Assembly (NCBI GenBank): GCA_964270895.1
Contig: OZ185437.1
Source of the DNA: Podarcis filfolensis
Taxonomy: Eukaryota
DNA: 64,000 bases
Direction: 5' to 3' (one strand)
In this document: positions 23,969 to 35,855 of the stretch, piece by piece
Position numbering within the stretch: the first letter of the stretch is position 1
How the letters are laid out: each line of letters opens with the position of its first letter
Position numbers and translations under genes: made by a program
The notes under the pieces: generated by a model
Told to the model about the DNA's origin: nothing
The model's database searches: none
What the model saw: only the letters and a program-made list of their open reading frames with translations

Positions 23969-24209
23969 CAGCGGAACCTCGGTTTTCGAACATAATCCGT
24001 TCCAGAAGACTGTTCGATGTCCGAAATGTTCGAAAACCGAAAACCGAAAACCGAACCCTCAATACAATAGGGAAACTCAAAATGGAAGCCGTGTAGTACA
24101 TTCAGCTTCCGAGAATCGTTCGAAAACCGGAGCAGTTACTTCCAGGTTTTCGGCATTCGGAAGCCGAAACTTATGCCAACGGAAGCATTCAACAACCGAG
24201 GTTCCACTG
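23969..24209. mobile_element. pogo/Tigger-like MITE
   Basis: TA|CAGCGGAACCTCGGTT...AACCGAGGTTCCACTG|TA. Confidence 0.88.
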
Positions 24210-24776
24210 TACTAACTTCTAAGAAGCAAGAAGAATGATGGACTGCACGCGAAACAAAACAGAAATAGGCAGTCTTTACCTGGGATGCAGTCTGCATGGT
24301 GCCCAATTTGCAGTGATGGTTTTTATGGAAATGCAATTTCCCTATTCAATTTCTAATTGAATGTCCTTTTTTGTTTTTGGCAAAAGCTTTAAAAAATGCA
24401 AGGTCCTGGATCATCTTACAGTGGAATGCAGCATGGAAATTTAAAGGATACTCCATATATGAATCACAGTAAAATCTTAACAGCAATTCCAGTGTGTAAG
24501 CCACAGGAAGAATGCCCAAAGGCATTTGCACTACCAATTAATGCAGTCTATTATCTGGTTCCCTTAAAAGTAATCTCATTAATGAGGCAGCAGCAGGCAG
24601 AAAAGGCAATTCCCAAAACAAGGAAACCAGTTAAGCATTTCCAGAGAGGCATCGTAGCTGACCAACAATGAATTAGCTTAGGGTGAAAGGGTAGGGGAGG
24701 ACAAACCACTGCAAGCTGAAATGATGATGTATTAAAAGAATACTAGGAACTCCATAACACATTCCACTGTTTATAC

Positions 24777-24794
24777 CTGATTTCCCAGGAAGAA
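24777..24794 (-). CDS. DST: DST 18-nt microexon in the GAR domain (FFLGNQ)
   Basis: CTAAT branch point (24832-24828), pyrimidine tract, gtcag|TTCTTCCTGGGAAATCAG|gtataa; matches the FFLGNQ insert recalled from DST/MACF1 isoforms. Confidence 0.92.
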
Positions 24795-25945
24795 CTGACA
24801 AGAGATGGAAAATGGGAGAAAGACATAATTAGTGTAACAGGAAATCCTCTAGAACACACTCTAACAGCACACACACATTCTAAATCTTCCAATTTAGTAT
24901 GTAACTTAGAGATGTGCTGATAACATCAGCTGTCTGGGCTGTTAATGCTGTCAGACCTGACTCCTATGACACCTATCTATTGCTTGCTGTATAATCTGAT
25001 TTCCTTCCACCAAATTCTCAATGGAAAATGATATTGCTGAATTGAAATGAAAGAAGGGGACAACAATTTGGCAGATCCCCCCTTGATATCTACTTGCTGG
25101 TTTTTCTGGCACATTTTCTATCTAGAAAAAGGAAAGCATGCTTCAGTGAAATCAAAATCAAACAAAAAGAAAAGACAGGATGGTGATGACAGAGTACAAC
25201 TTTATTCAAATATGTTTGGAAGGCTAATACACTCCCAACTGTTTGCTCTGTTGGAAAAAAATAATAATAATTCTAATTCAGAAGTTAATGAATGTTCCAC
25301 TATAAAACCTTGAAAGCTGTAGGTATAACTTGGTGCACACATGGAATATTTGTAACAAGCATTAAGCTCTATTACTTGGAAGTTTCATCAAAACCCAAGC
25401 TCCTTTGGAAAGTTATTTACAATTCCAATGCAAGAAAAGATTTATTGTGACTTCGGTGGTATAATAGTAGCTTTTCTTCTTCTTCAACCACAAGCTAAAG
25501 GATCAGATGGGGTGATTAAAGAACAGCTGTGGTGCATGAGGTGGGGTCCTGCCACTGCAGTACCCTGTTGGCTGCAGTGGTGCTGCCGCTTGCTGGGATG
25601 CGATGGGGGGCCAGAGAAGAGATGAGGGCAGGAGACCACTGGGTTGACAGCAGTGGTGGCCACAGGGGCACATGCATCTGCACCTACCACAACTACTCTG
25701 CTGCCACCTCACCCCAGAGAGCGATAGCACCTGCAGCCAAGAGGGTGGCGCAACAGCAGCATCTCACTTTTTGCACTGTGGCTGGTGAAAAATGCAATAG
25801 GGTCCAAAATGATGATGTTGTTGTTGTTTTTTAAAAAGAGAAAATACATCAAATTCACACTGTATTATTAATTTAGTTAAATTACTCGTTTGCAGAATAG
25901 GGGAGTCTAAATCCAACAGATAACGTGACTGTTTTCTATACTTAC

Positions 25946-26020
25946 TCTGTACTTGTTATCACCAATCTGCTCCACTTGGAATCGCTTTGCGCATTTACAT
26001 TTTGCTACCTGCCTTGTCAC
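25946..26020 (-). CDS. DST: DST exon, GAR domain N-part ([25 protein letters not shown]), 75 nt
   Basis: tgacag| and |gtaagt; GAS2/GAR CxC motif. Confidence 0.95.
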
Positions 26021-26105
26021 CTGTCAAAACGACAATCAGAAGCAAATTATATTAATTGCCATTTATGGTAAATTGTGCAATCAGGTCAAGAAAACAATGG
26101 GACTA

Positions 26106-26346
26106 CAGTGGTACCTCGGTTTACGAACTTAATCTGTTCCTGAAGTCCGTTCTTAAACCAAATCTGTTCTTAAACTGAGGTGCGCTTTCCCTAATGAGGC
26201 CTCCCGCTGCCAGTGCACTTCCACTGTTCGGCTTCCGTTTGTAGACTGAGGTAAAGTTCACAAACCGGAACACTACTTCTGGTTTTGCAGAGTTCGTAAA
26301 CTGAATAGTTCATAAACAGGGCTGTTCGTAAACCGAGATACCACTG
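26106..26346. mobile_element. pogo/Tigger-like MITE in the EF-hand/GAR intron
   Basis: TA|CAGTGGTACCTCGGTTTACGAAC...GTTCGTAAACCGAGATACCACTG|TA. Confidence 0.9.
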
Positions 26347-26434
26347 TATAAGTTCAACATGCAACTCCAGAGAAAGATACTTTAAGAAGGAGGCTTAGGG
26401 GCGGGGAGGGGGAGGGGGGAAGGGAGAAGAGCAC

Positions 26435-26589
26435 CTCATCTTCAATTTTGTCAGCATCTGTCAGAGGCTTGTATGCATCTTTGTTCGGATGAAGTGCTGC
26501 TACAAACTCATAGTAGTCAATATAGCCATCACCATCTCTGTCAAAGATATCCGCTACTGCACTCATTTCCAATCGACTAGTAGGAAATT
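26435..26589 (-). CDS. DST: DST exon, EF-hand 2 ([29 protein letters not shown]...KIEDE), 155 nt
   Basis: ctgcag| and |gtgctc; EF-hand loop [12 protein letters not shown]. Confidence 0.96.
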
Positions 26590-26731
26590 CTGCAGATGAA
26601 AATAACAGTTCAAGTTAAAATGAACAACTCTTACCAATAACCTTTCGGGAAACTGATGACTTACTAGCATTCCAAAACTCTGAGGAATTAAATTTAATAT
26701 GCAAATGATCGAACTTTGCTTTAAAACTTAC

Positions 26732-26894
26732 TTGAAGAAAGAATCCCATCAATAAATTCCTGTCTGGTTATCTTTCCATCCTGATCTTTATCTATCCTCC
26801 TAAAGAAGTCCATGACTCGAGATTTCTTATGGTTCATCCAACGCATATACTTCTTCCGCCAAATATCAAAATCAAAGTTGGCAAATTCTTTCAG
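26732..26894 (-). CDS. DST: DST exon, EF-hand 1 ([12 protein letters not shown]...[13 protein letters not shown]...), 163 nt
   Basis: gtctcaag| and |gtaagt; EF-hand loop [12 protein letters not shown]. Confidence 0.96.
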
Positions 26895-27549
26895 CTTGAG
26901 ACAAAAGGGAAAATGGAAAAAAAGAGGTGAACTGTCTTGTGAGATATACATATAATCATGATGCTAAAGTTCAGAGCAGATGTTAATGTGCAAACTGGAA
27001 GTCAACCTTAGGAGTCTTTCCCTTGCCCTCCCCAAAACCCCATTCCCTTTTTTTGAAACTAAAGTATGAAGGGGGCTTACAAATCTTTAATCATCACTAT
27101 GATCACCATTCAAGTAACTCTAAACCATGGCAAACTCTAACAAGGAAAGTGGTGAATTTGTTCTGAAGGGAGTACAGGGAAAGCAGAAGGAGCATACATC
27201 CCAATATTATGTCTACACAACACCAATGGCACTCCATGCTGATGTCTGCTTATGTGATATATCTCCATCACAAAAAAGCAAGGGAGTAATTAACATAATT
27301 AATGTAAATTGCTTTAAATATAGTTAATGTAAATCACTTTGAATTACCTTTGTAATAAAAGTGAATAATAATGGTGCACGAGCAGGGATTTCACATAACT
27401 GGGTGTTGGTATGCACTGACCAACACATAAGCTACTTCTGCCTGTCAAAGGAAGGGTATCTTCCTGGTCCTCCACCACATGAAGAGGAGTGGCCAATAAG
27501 ACATGAACCAAGGCTTAGTTATAGCAAAAAAAATGTTCTGTTTACTGAC

Positions 27550-27713
27550 CTCCTCTAATCGGTCTAAAGCATCATTAAGTTTCCTTCTTCTTTCCAGAGC
27601 CAGAAGCCAGACTTGCTGCCATTTGCTGACCAAGAGGTTCACCCGTGGATTCTTGGTTTCAATCTGAGCCTGTGCACCTGAGGGATACATGCTTGGTGTT
27701 GGGGAACGCTTTC
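27550..27713 (-). CDS. DST: DST exon ([10 protein letters not shown]...LDRLEE), 164 nt, phase 1-0
   Basis: ttaacag| and |gtcagt. Confidence 0.95.
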
Positions 27714-28019
27714 CTGTTAAAATACAGAAAAATGTACTGTACTTCTGCTTCTCAAGGCAGTGTAAACAAAAGGTAACACAGCATACATGCCTGTTTCTAT
27801 AGGAAGAAGGGAGAGGCCTAACATGCCTGTGATACCAGGTGGCATCTAACAGAAAGGTAGGTTTGGCTTTAGGGCCACAGGTTCCTGACCCTGTAGACAA
27901 TCCTGTCCACTTCACAAATCAGAAATAGTAAGTTAAATTCTGACAGCTTTTAAATAATCAGTTAATGACTAACGACAATGATATATGTGATACCACATAT
28001 ATGTGAGATCATTACTTAC

Positions 28020-28149
28020 TTCCTCCTCTTCCTTTATCCAGTACAGGAATATGAGAATGAATTGGACCAGATTCAGCTGCTTTCCTTTTATGCGTCTTAG
28101 TAACCTTATCCACATCAGGCTGTTTTCTGGTCATTTCCTCCATGAATGT
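28020..28149 (-). CDS. DST: DST exon ([13 protein letters not shown]...DKGRGG), 130 nt, phase 0-1
   Basis: ttgcag| and |gtaagt. Confidence 0.95.
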
Positions 28150-29019
28150 CTGCAATTAAAGGGTGGTTGCTTTGGCTAACAATGCACAACAATATTTTGC
28201 AACATACCCTGTTTGGGGGTACAAAGGATCTGATCCAGATGTCTGTGGGATCTCCCATGTATGCACAGAACTCCTACTTCACATGCTGATTTCTCTCACA
28301 TCTAGATTAGCATCTACATTGGATACAGCATCTCCTTGCTAACACCTGAATGCCTACACAACTACCTTGTCTGCCATGAGCACATGAATGAGAACAACAA
28401 TATGGGCTGTGGCTTCTTGAGCTACATGCTCAGAGTAAAAGAAAGCACTTCCACCAACATCCAAGTGTTCCAAAGTGCATGTTTCTCCCACAATAAGGAT
28501 ATTGATCTCATGTCCCAAATAGTAATGACAAAGTTCTCCTAACTGGCTTACCAACAAGGAAAATACTCAACTTTGACTTTATGAAGGAACTATGTGGTCC
28601 CAGAACAATTCTAAGGCATACTGTAGAATGTAAAGTTGAACACAAGCAATACAGTATTATCTTACAGTCCAGCTTATTTATTGTTTTCAATTTCTTTTTC
28701 TTTGCTGTTCTGTCTCTTTATTCTAAAGGAGAAATCAATTGCATGGTGAATTGGTGCACTGGTTTATTGTGTACAAGAACAGAGCAGTTTTCCTTAATAT
28801 TGCCTTTCTTCACCTTTTACCAGAACAATGCTGTACAATACAATAAAACAACATAAATAAAAACAGAAGGCTACGTGAACCAGAACCCTTGGCCAAAGCA
28901 TGTTTTTTAATTGTTTATTTAAAAACCTCTGTTCCACCTGAACTTCCAAAATATGCATATGCACATAAGTACGTTGAAGCTGACTAGTTTGATCAAAATC
29001 ATAGCAACGGCCCTCTTAC

Positions 29020-29208
29020 CTGATGCTCAGCTATGAGTGCCTTAACATCATCAATCTCCTGAGGAATGACTTCCTTGTCTTTTTCACTAAGTGTCGTCTC
29101 TGCCCACTGCAACCAGGTCAATAATGCTTCCAACAGCTCTTGATTAGCAATAAGTGCAGCCAGGGCCCCTGCCAATCTCTGCTGATGTTGCTTTGCCCAT
29201 GCTAACAC
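29020..29208 (-). CDS. DST: DST exon ([12 protein letters not shown]...IAEHQ), 189 nt
   Basis: ttttcaag| and |gtaaga. Confidence 0.95.
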
Positions 29209-29870
29209 CTTGAAAAGAAAAGTATGCATGATATTCACATTCACACAACCCAGGGCTTTGGGTGCTCCATTACTTCCACATGAACAAATTTGGCTGAATT
29301 ATCAAAGGACTGCTGAGCAACCACATTAGTGAGCTCTGTGAGTAGAAGCTGGAACTCTTTGCACCCCATGAAGAGAAGTACAAAAAGAAAAGTCACTGCC
29401 TTTTTACTGTGATCCAAAGGTTTCTAGCAGCACAGAAGTGTTGGAAAGCACTGCTGTGTTTAACGATTGGGTATTTAGTATGTGGTAACATTTTGAGAAT
29501 TATCATACAGTACTCCTTAATCCTTGACAAATGACCATAGTGGTTGGTGCTGATGGGAGTTGGAGTCCAACAATGTCTGTAGAACCACAGGTTCCCTATC
29601 CCTTTTTCAAAGCTTAACTTCTAATTCATTGTGATTATCTTGAACATGAACTGATCTGGGAAGTGTTTTACTTCTTCCTCAAGAGACATTTGCAAAGGAA
29701 GAGCCAAAACCAGCCTATTACACATGACAGCATGAGTATGTTAAACATTTTGCTCTCGACAGCTGGATCGTTTCCTCACAATATAAGTGCCTTGCTAATT
29801 GTCAGTTGTGTTCCAAGCTATCAAAGACTGATTATTATTACCAGAGAGAACCTGCTAGAGATGGACTGAC

Positions 29871-30014
29871 CTCTTCAAACCTTGCTCTGATGATTGTTAT
29901 CCAGTGCTTGATGGTAGTGATGGAGTCTGGGTGGCAGATAGCCAGGATGGCTTCTCCCATACCTGTGGCTTTCGTTAGCTCAGCCTTTTTTTCTTCCAGT
30001 TTTCTCATGAATTC
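29871..30014 (-). CDS. DST: DST exon ([10 protein letters not shown]...RARFEE), 144 nt
   Basis: ccttag| and |gtcagt. Confidence 0.95.
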
Positions 30015-31985
30015 CTAAGGCAAAAACAGTGATTTCAATTAGGTGCTGGCAGTGGTTCAAAGGTAAAATCCAAGTGATTTTGGACTTTGCTGGTTTAGCC
30101 AAAAAGCGCAGATGCCTACACTGAATCACTCGGCATCTGAATTGATCCAGTGGCAGGGAAGGAAGAAGAGAAGCAAAGCATGAGGAAAGTGATTTACTTA
30201 TTAAGAATATTTTAAGATCCACTGTAGACTAAGGGCTAATTGAAGAGACAAAATGCATGCTGGAGTCTGCAATTCAATACTGCAATATTTATGCGCACGC
30301 ACACACACACAACTTTGTGAGACAGCACCACTTAGATGTCATAGCAAGTTAATTACTTTTGGACATGTTTCAGGAAACCCAGTGGATTGATTATTTAATC
30401 AAACCACACTCTCTACTCAGAGCACCTCTGCTCAGTTGTATAACTGGGCCAGCATATATTGATGCAGACTTCTAGGGACCATTCACTGAATTCTTGGACT
30501 ACAGGATGCTAACATGTTGACTGCAGAAGCAACCAACCTACTGAGCTATCTAAACCTCCTTTAGGCCAGACTGTGTGTTGGATCAGGCAAAAGTGTCCCT
30601 TCACTCAGCTCTCCTGGCTGAGACAGCCTCCTGCTGCCTGCTGAATCATCCAGGGACAGTGGGGGGTCCTGATGGAGGGAGTGGGCAGGGCTGTGCTGAC
30701 TTGAGATTCACTGGATCCCAAGCCAGTTTCACTGCTATTGTGTGACAGCATCAGGTCTGGACTGGACCCGAACATCCTTTACCCTCCATGCATCTTCCAG
30801 TATCGTCACCCTGAGTAGCAGGACTTACGGATATGGCAGTGGCCTTGCTGCTCCACAAAGCCCCACATGCGGGAGGATGGCGCCCTGAACCAGGAAGAAA
30901 TCAGGACCTATCTATCTGGGTTACAAACTAATGCCAACTTCCCTGCTGCACTTGTTTCCTGCTTCCTGTGGATAAGGAATAGGGGATGCAAGCGTCTGTG
31001 GCCCACTTTCACTGGGGTTCAGATAACAAAAGAACAGTCCTCTTCTTGAAAATTTTGTTTGAAATGCTCATCTCAAAGATGCCTGAGAATTCAGATCTCC
31101 CACAAATGCCCTTCTATTTGTAAAGTGACAAAACACAATACAGCCTTTACTGTGATGGTTCCCCCGCCCCGCCGAAATTCCTCTGCTGGGATATGCAAAG
31201 TTATTATTTTCCCCTTTTAATCAGGTTTTGAGCCCTCCTGGATATTTTGGCTGCTGTGTTCTCTGCTGTTGTTTTAGACTATCTTCTATATTTTATTGTT
31301 GTTTTTTTAGTGTCCACATTGTAAGTTATAGGCCCTAAGTCATCCTATGCTGATAGGGAAAATCAGAAAGTGAATTAAGGATATATAACATTTTTACAAG
31401 AGAAAAGATTTATGAGACTTTTGAGTGGTGTAGGAGGTGGACTAGGGTAGAGAGAGCAAGAGCATAAATGTCTTTCCATTCATACCTAGTTTAATGCATT
31501 TACCCACTGTGCCTATCAGCCCCAAAGCCCACAAGGAGAGGTAAAATCTGAATTATCTGGGAGACCTAACCTCTATTAAAGCAAGTGCAATTTTTTTTAA
31601 AGGGTAATTGGTTGTGAAACTGAGCTTTTCAATATAAAATAAAGGGCTGAAATGCCTTCCTTGATAGACTGGCAGTCAAGTAGCCCCACCAGAGTAGGGT
31701 AAGAATTTTAAAATGTTGCTACACAAAAAGATTCCTATTAGACATTTCCTTCACAAAAACAAGGGGTAAAGCAGCAGAACTAAAGTATGCGATATATTTA
31801 GGTTTAGATAAAAGTATGTTTGAAGATACTCCAAACTTCACATTGTATTAAAATGCGTCTTCACTCACAACTTCTACAGCTTGTAAATTTTTAAAGTGTG
31901 GTTTACATTTTAGCTGCCGTTATTGTACGTTGTTATCCTGTGTTTACGTATTGCTTGCTTTGCCTAGAGAACTGTGCGTGTGAGG

Positions 31986-31987
31986 AA

Positions 31988-32042
<55 letters not shown>
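31986..32042. repeat. (GA)n microsatellite, read as a (TC)n pyrimidine tract on the DST strand
   Basis: Direct reading. Confidence 0.95.
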
Positions 32043-32045
<3 letters not shown>

Positions 32046-33200
32046 TGCCTTTTCTTTGGTGAGAGAAAATCCAAAGAGAACCATCTGGAGCCTGTTCAGA
32101 GGGAATGACAGTAAACAAGATATTCTCTTCTTCATTACCATTGCGTCTGGCAGCCTTTCAATGATCTCATTGTATGGTAACAGATACATAAAGACTAGCC
32201 AGGGGGGGAAAATGGTGGAGCTGGAGGAGTAGCTGCACAAATGGCCTGACTCATAGTGTAGACCGTTACCAAAAAAAAAGAGAAAAGAAGGTGGGGGGAG
32301 AGAAAGTGGGTTGGGAGTGGGGAATGACAATCCAACTGAAAGTGGTAAAACTATGGGAAGAACTACATGTTACAAGAGACAAAAGCAGCAGCTACACATC
32401 TCAAAAATACATAGTAAAACAGACCACATGACATGATGATGTTGTTTCACTGCGAATTTCCCTACTCCACTTCATTTACCATAATCACAATCTCCCTTAG
32501 CATGCAGATCTGTCCTAGACTAGTGTAAACAAGTAATGATCTGCACCTTCTGCATGTCTTGCACTATAAATGAACTGCCAGTGGTGTGCTAGCCTGGTGG
32601 GTCATAAATTTTGCAGGCCTTGTTCAACAGAGGGGTATAATGGCTTCATTCTTACCACCTGACCTCTATGACGGGCACTATAAATATTTAGCCAATTATC
32701 CACCTTCTTATGCCTTTGTCCTGAAGTCTCTCCTGCTAGCATTTTTTTCTTTTCTGGAAGAGAAGGCTCAACCCACTGGGAAAGTGGCCTACAAAGTATG
32801 TATGTAAAGACTGGGAGTAATAGGAAGAGAATGAATTTGCTACAAGAATTCTGCTGAATCTGACTTCTTGTGATAGAGAGGATTGATGGCCTGGGACATG
32901 GTCTATGCCAGACTTCAAGGGGTATGAGAGGTTCTACTGCAGTTTAATAACTGTGTTGCTATGAATATCAAGAATTTTATTATGGTTTGGGAAGGAAACA
33001 TTTAAAGTAAGTATACTGATTTTAAGGTGCTTTAGCTGATTGAGTTATCAATCACCCATCAAAAGTTTTCCACGAGCCCTATTTCTAGGAAAGAAACTAA
33101 TTTTCATTGCCAGATACAAATAAGTCATAGTTTTATTTTATTCCGACCTTTTCATAAATCTAGTCTCAAGAGCCAGCACTGTCTCAATTATCTCACTCAC

Positions 33201-33329
33201 CCGATGCTGATCTATTAGAGTACGCAGAGACTCTTCATCATCTGGGAGATTGCCATGGAAACGAAGGGCCTGTTCAGCCTCAGCCAGCCATTCCAGAAGA
33301 ACGTGCACAACTGAGTGGAATTCTTCCGC
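33201..33329 (-). CDS. DST: DST exon ([15 protein letters not shown]...IDQHR), 129 nt
   Basis: atacag| and |gtgagt. Confidence 0.95.
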
Positions 33330-34502
33330 CTGTATAAATGAAAGTGGAAAAGAAAGTGGGGGGGGGGGAGAGAATGCTGTAAAAGGGTTCTGGACTGAAA
33401 GAGTACAATGTTGGATTCCTCCCATGAACAATGAACCTGTGCCCAGATTGGTGGAATCGTTTATCATTCAGCAATGGAGGTACATTAACTTTCCATTAAG
33501 GAATCTGACATACAGCACTCTGATATCATGGCTGTAAAAATGTCACATGCTTTTAAAAAAGGATTTAATAAAGCCCATAGGCCTGTTTGTGCATGCTTTT
33601 AAATATATGATTGATAGCATATGTGAAAGTGGAATTCAGAGCAACCTGCCTTCACACTGACAAATTATCAGGTAGAGTCATGCTAGTGAATGATGTTAAT
33701 TACTTTGTGGAATGGGGGGAGCTAATTGAGGCTGTATATAGAAGAGCTGAAAGCAGTATCACTATAGAGTTGTCCCTGCCAGTTACAGCCTTCGCATGTT
33801 CATTGTGTGTGTGTGTCTTGCAATGGTCTTTGGTCAAAATGGTTTTTCAGATTTTGGTAGTGCTTTAAGAAGTGTCAGAAAAAGGCTGAGCCTCCAGCTT
33901 CAAGTGGTGCAACATGAGTTAGTGCAGTATCTGTGTGTGCACTTACTGCAGATACCTAATGGACAATGCCCATAACCACCACATTATTCTCCCTCAGGTG
34001 TGTCTGGAGGAGTTTGGGAATTGTTTTGAAATTATTTTCCCGATATTTTTTAGTATATGAAAGCAGCAAGGCTTCTGCACACAACAAGGCTTCCTCTACA
34101 AAGGAAAAACAGAATGAAGTAAAAAAAAAAGTAGCACCAGCCTATCTTTCTCCTCATGATTCAATAACTTTTTAAAAGGTTTCCTGTAGGGCAGGCTATT
34201 TGCAATTCAGTCTAGTCAAGAGCACCACTCCACTGACATGGCCTGGTGAAATAAATGCAATTAGTAATCAGGACTCCTGTTTCAACTTTAATGTCTTTTG
34301 CATAAGCTGTTTTGTGCTTATCTATCCATTGCTTCACCGTGGGCTCCTTAACTTATGCAGAACCTGGTGGCACAGGCATGGCACAGATGAGGCCCTCCTT
34401 GTTTTGTCGCTTCCTATGCGGCAATGATACCCAGTGAATGCATTCCCAACCCATGCATAGGCTGCATCTGATTGAAATAAGTGTAATTGGTTCATTCTTC
34501 AC

Positions 34503-34697
34503 CTGGTGGAGGGCTTGTTCCAGTCGTGTTTGCTTGGAGACGGACAATGCACACACTGTCTCCCACCGAGTGCCCAGCTCCTGCATTTGGACCTTAACCC
34601 AGGAAGAATCATCACGACTACCTTCTATCAGTTCACGAGCAGAGCGTTTCAGTGCCTGGACGCTGCCTGTCCTTTTCCCCAGTTCCTTCTGGAAGGC
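34503..34697 (-). CDS. DST: DST exon ([14 protein letters not shown]...EQALHQ), 195 nt
   Basis: tcttag| and |gtgaag. Confidence 0.95.
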
Positions 34698-35695
34698 CTA
34701 AGAAAAGGAAATAAATGGTTCCTTCTATTATCTCCCCAAATAATAAAGTAACACAGCTATCACAACTATGGAGAAAGTTCATTATTATAGACTTAATTTT
34801 TAAAGAAATTAAACTTAACTGAACATTATTTTGTTTTGTAATGTGAGTCCCGTAAATATTTTCATTCCCCTGTCTGGCTTTGTTTTATTCAATCCTTGCT
34901 ACTCTACCGTATTTGAATTTTCCCCTCACTTCTTACAAATCAGTAGTTCTACATATATTCCGAAAGAAACTGTTAGGTCAACAATATCTTCCTTATGCAA
35001 TGTGGGATCACGTGAACACTGCCAATTAAAAAAGAAAACAACATATTGAAAACCCCTAAAACTTTCGCTAGGAATCTCTAGGCACACAAGGAACTGAAAA
35101 CTAGTGCAAGCTTTGATAACGTGGGGCTCCTTCACTCTCCCTGCCTCTCTTATACTCCTACACTCTGATCCAGGGCTCCACATCTTCTGCAATATTTTGC
35201 TGAGACAGTTTCTTTTTGTCTTAGCAGTTCTATATGTGCAAAAGCATGTGCCCACAAATCTCTTGCTTCCTTTAAAAGACAAGGGGCAGCCCTTGCAGAT
35301 GGTGGAACATGTGAGCAGCAGAGTTTCTGCATCTCCTATAAATGGATCAGACTAAAAAGCTAAGGCTGCTAATGCTATTACCCACTGCTTCTGAGAAACT
35401 TTAAAGAGCGTTTTTAGTTCTAATAATCTGAATTAAAATCTGCATGAAGAAAAATGTAGCAGATCAACTTTAGCACTGAAGGCAAGTTTCAGATAAATCT
35501 TGTTCGTTGCAGTCAGCAAGCTCTTTTCCCTCTCCAGCCAGTTTTTATACCACAGGCCAAGGTTTTTAACCTATTGAACGGGCTCATCAATCTTTCTTAA
35601 AAGTTACAAATTGACCCAACAGGCATTTACTCAAAATGCTTTGAACAGCTTGATTCAAAATAATATGAAAATGACTGTAATTTTGTGGCCATTAC

Positions 35696-35855
35696 TTTGT
35701 GATTATCTATTAAGTTCATCACTAAATCAATGTCTCCGTGCACAGGCTGATCTTCGGCCAGCTGCGGTTCCACTTTGTACAGCCAATCTATGAGAGCTTG
35801 AAGAGCATCAGTAAATTGCCCAGAAAACAGCAGCGCTTCTTCCAGTTTGTTTTGT
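35696..35855 (-). CDS. DST: DST exon ([11 protein letters not shown]...LIDNHK), 160 nt, phase 2-0
   Basis: cttcag| and |gtaatg. Confidence 0.95.

Noticed and set aside
26398-26424. G-quadruplex-like run beside the EF-hand exon donor
   Set aside because: It is on the template strand (C-rich in the RNA); G-runs are common in this window and there is no supporting evidence.
30829-30884. 56-nt cryptic exon (tcctggttcag|...|gtaagt) in a GC-rich patch
   Set aside because: Frameshifting and probably repeat-derived; such site pairs occur often by chance. It would need NMD-inhibition data.
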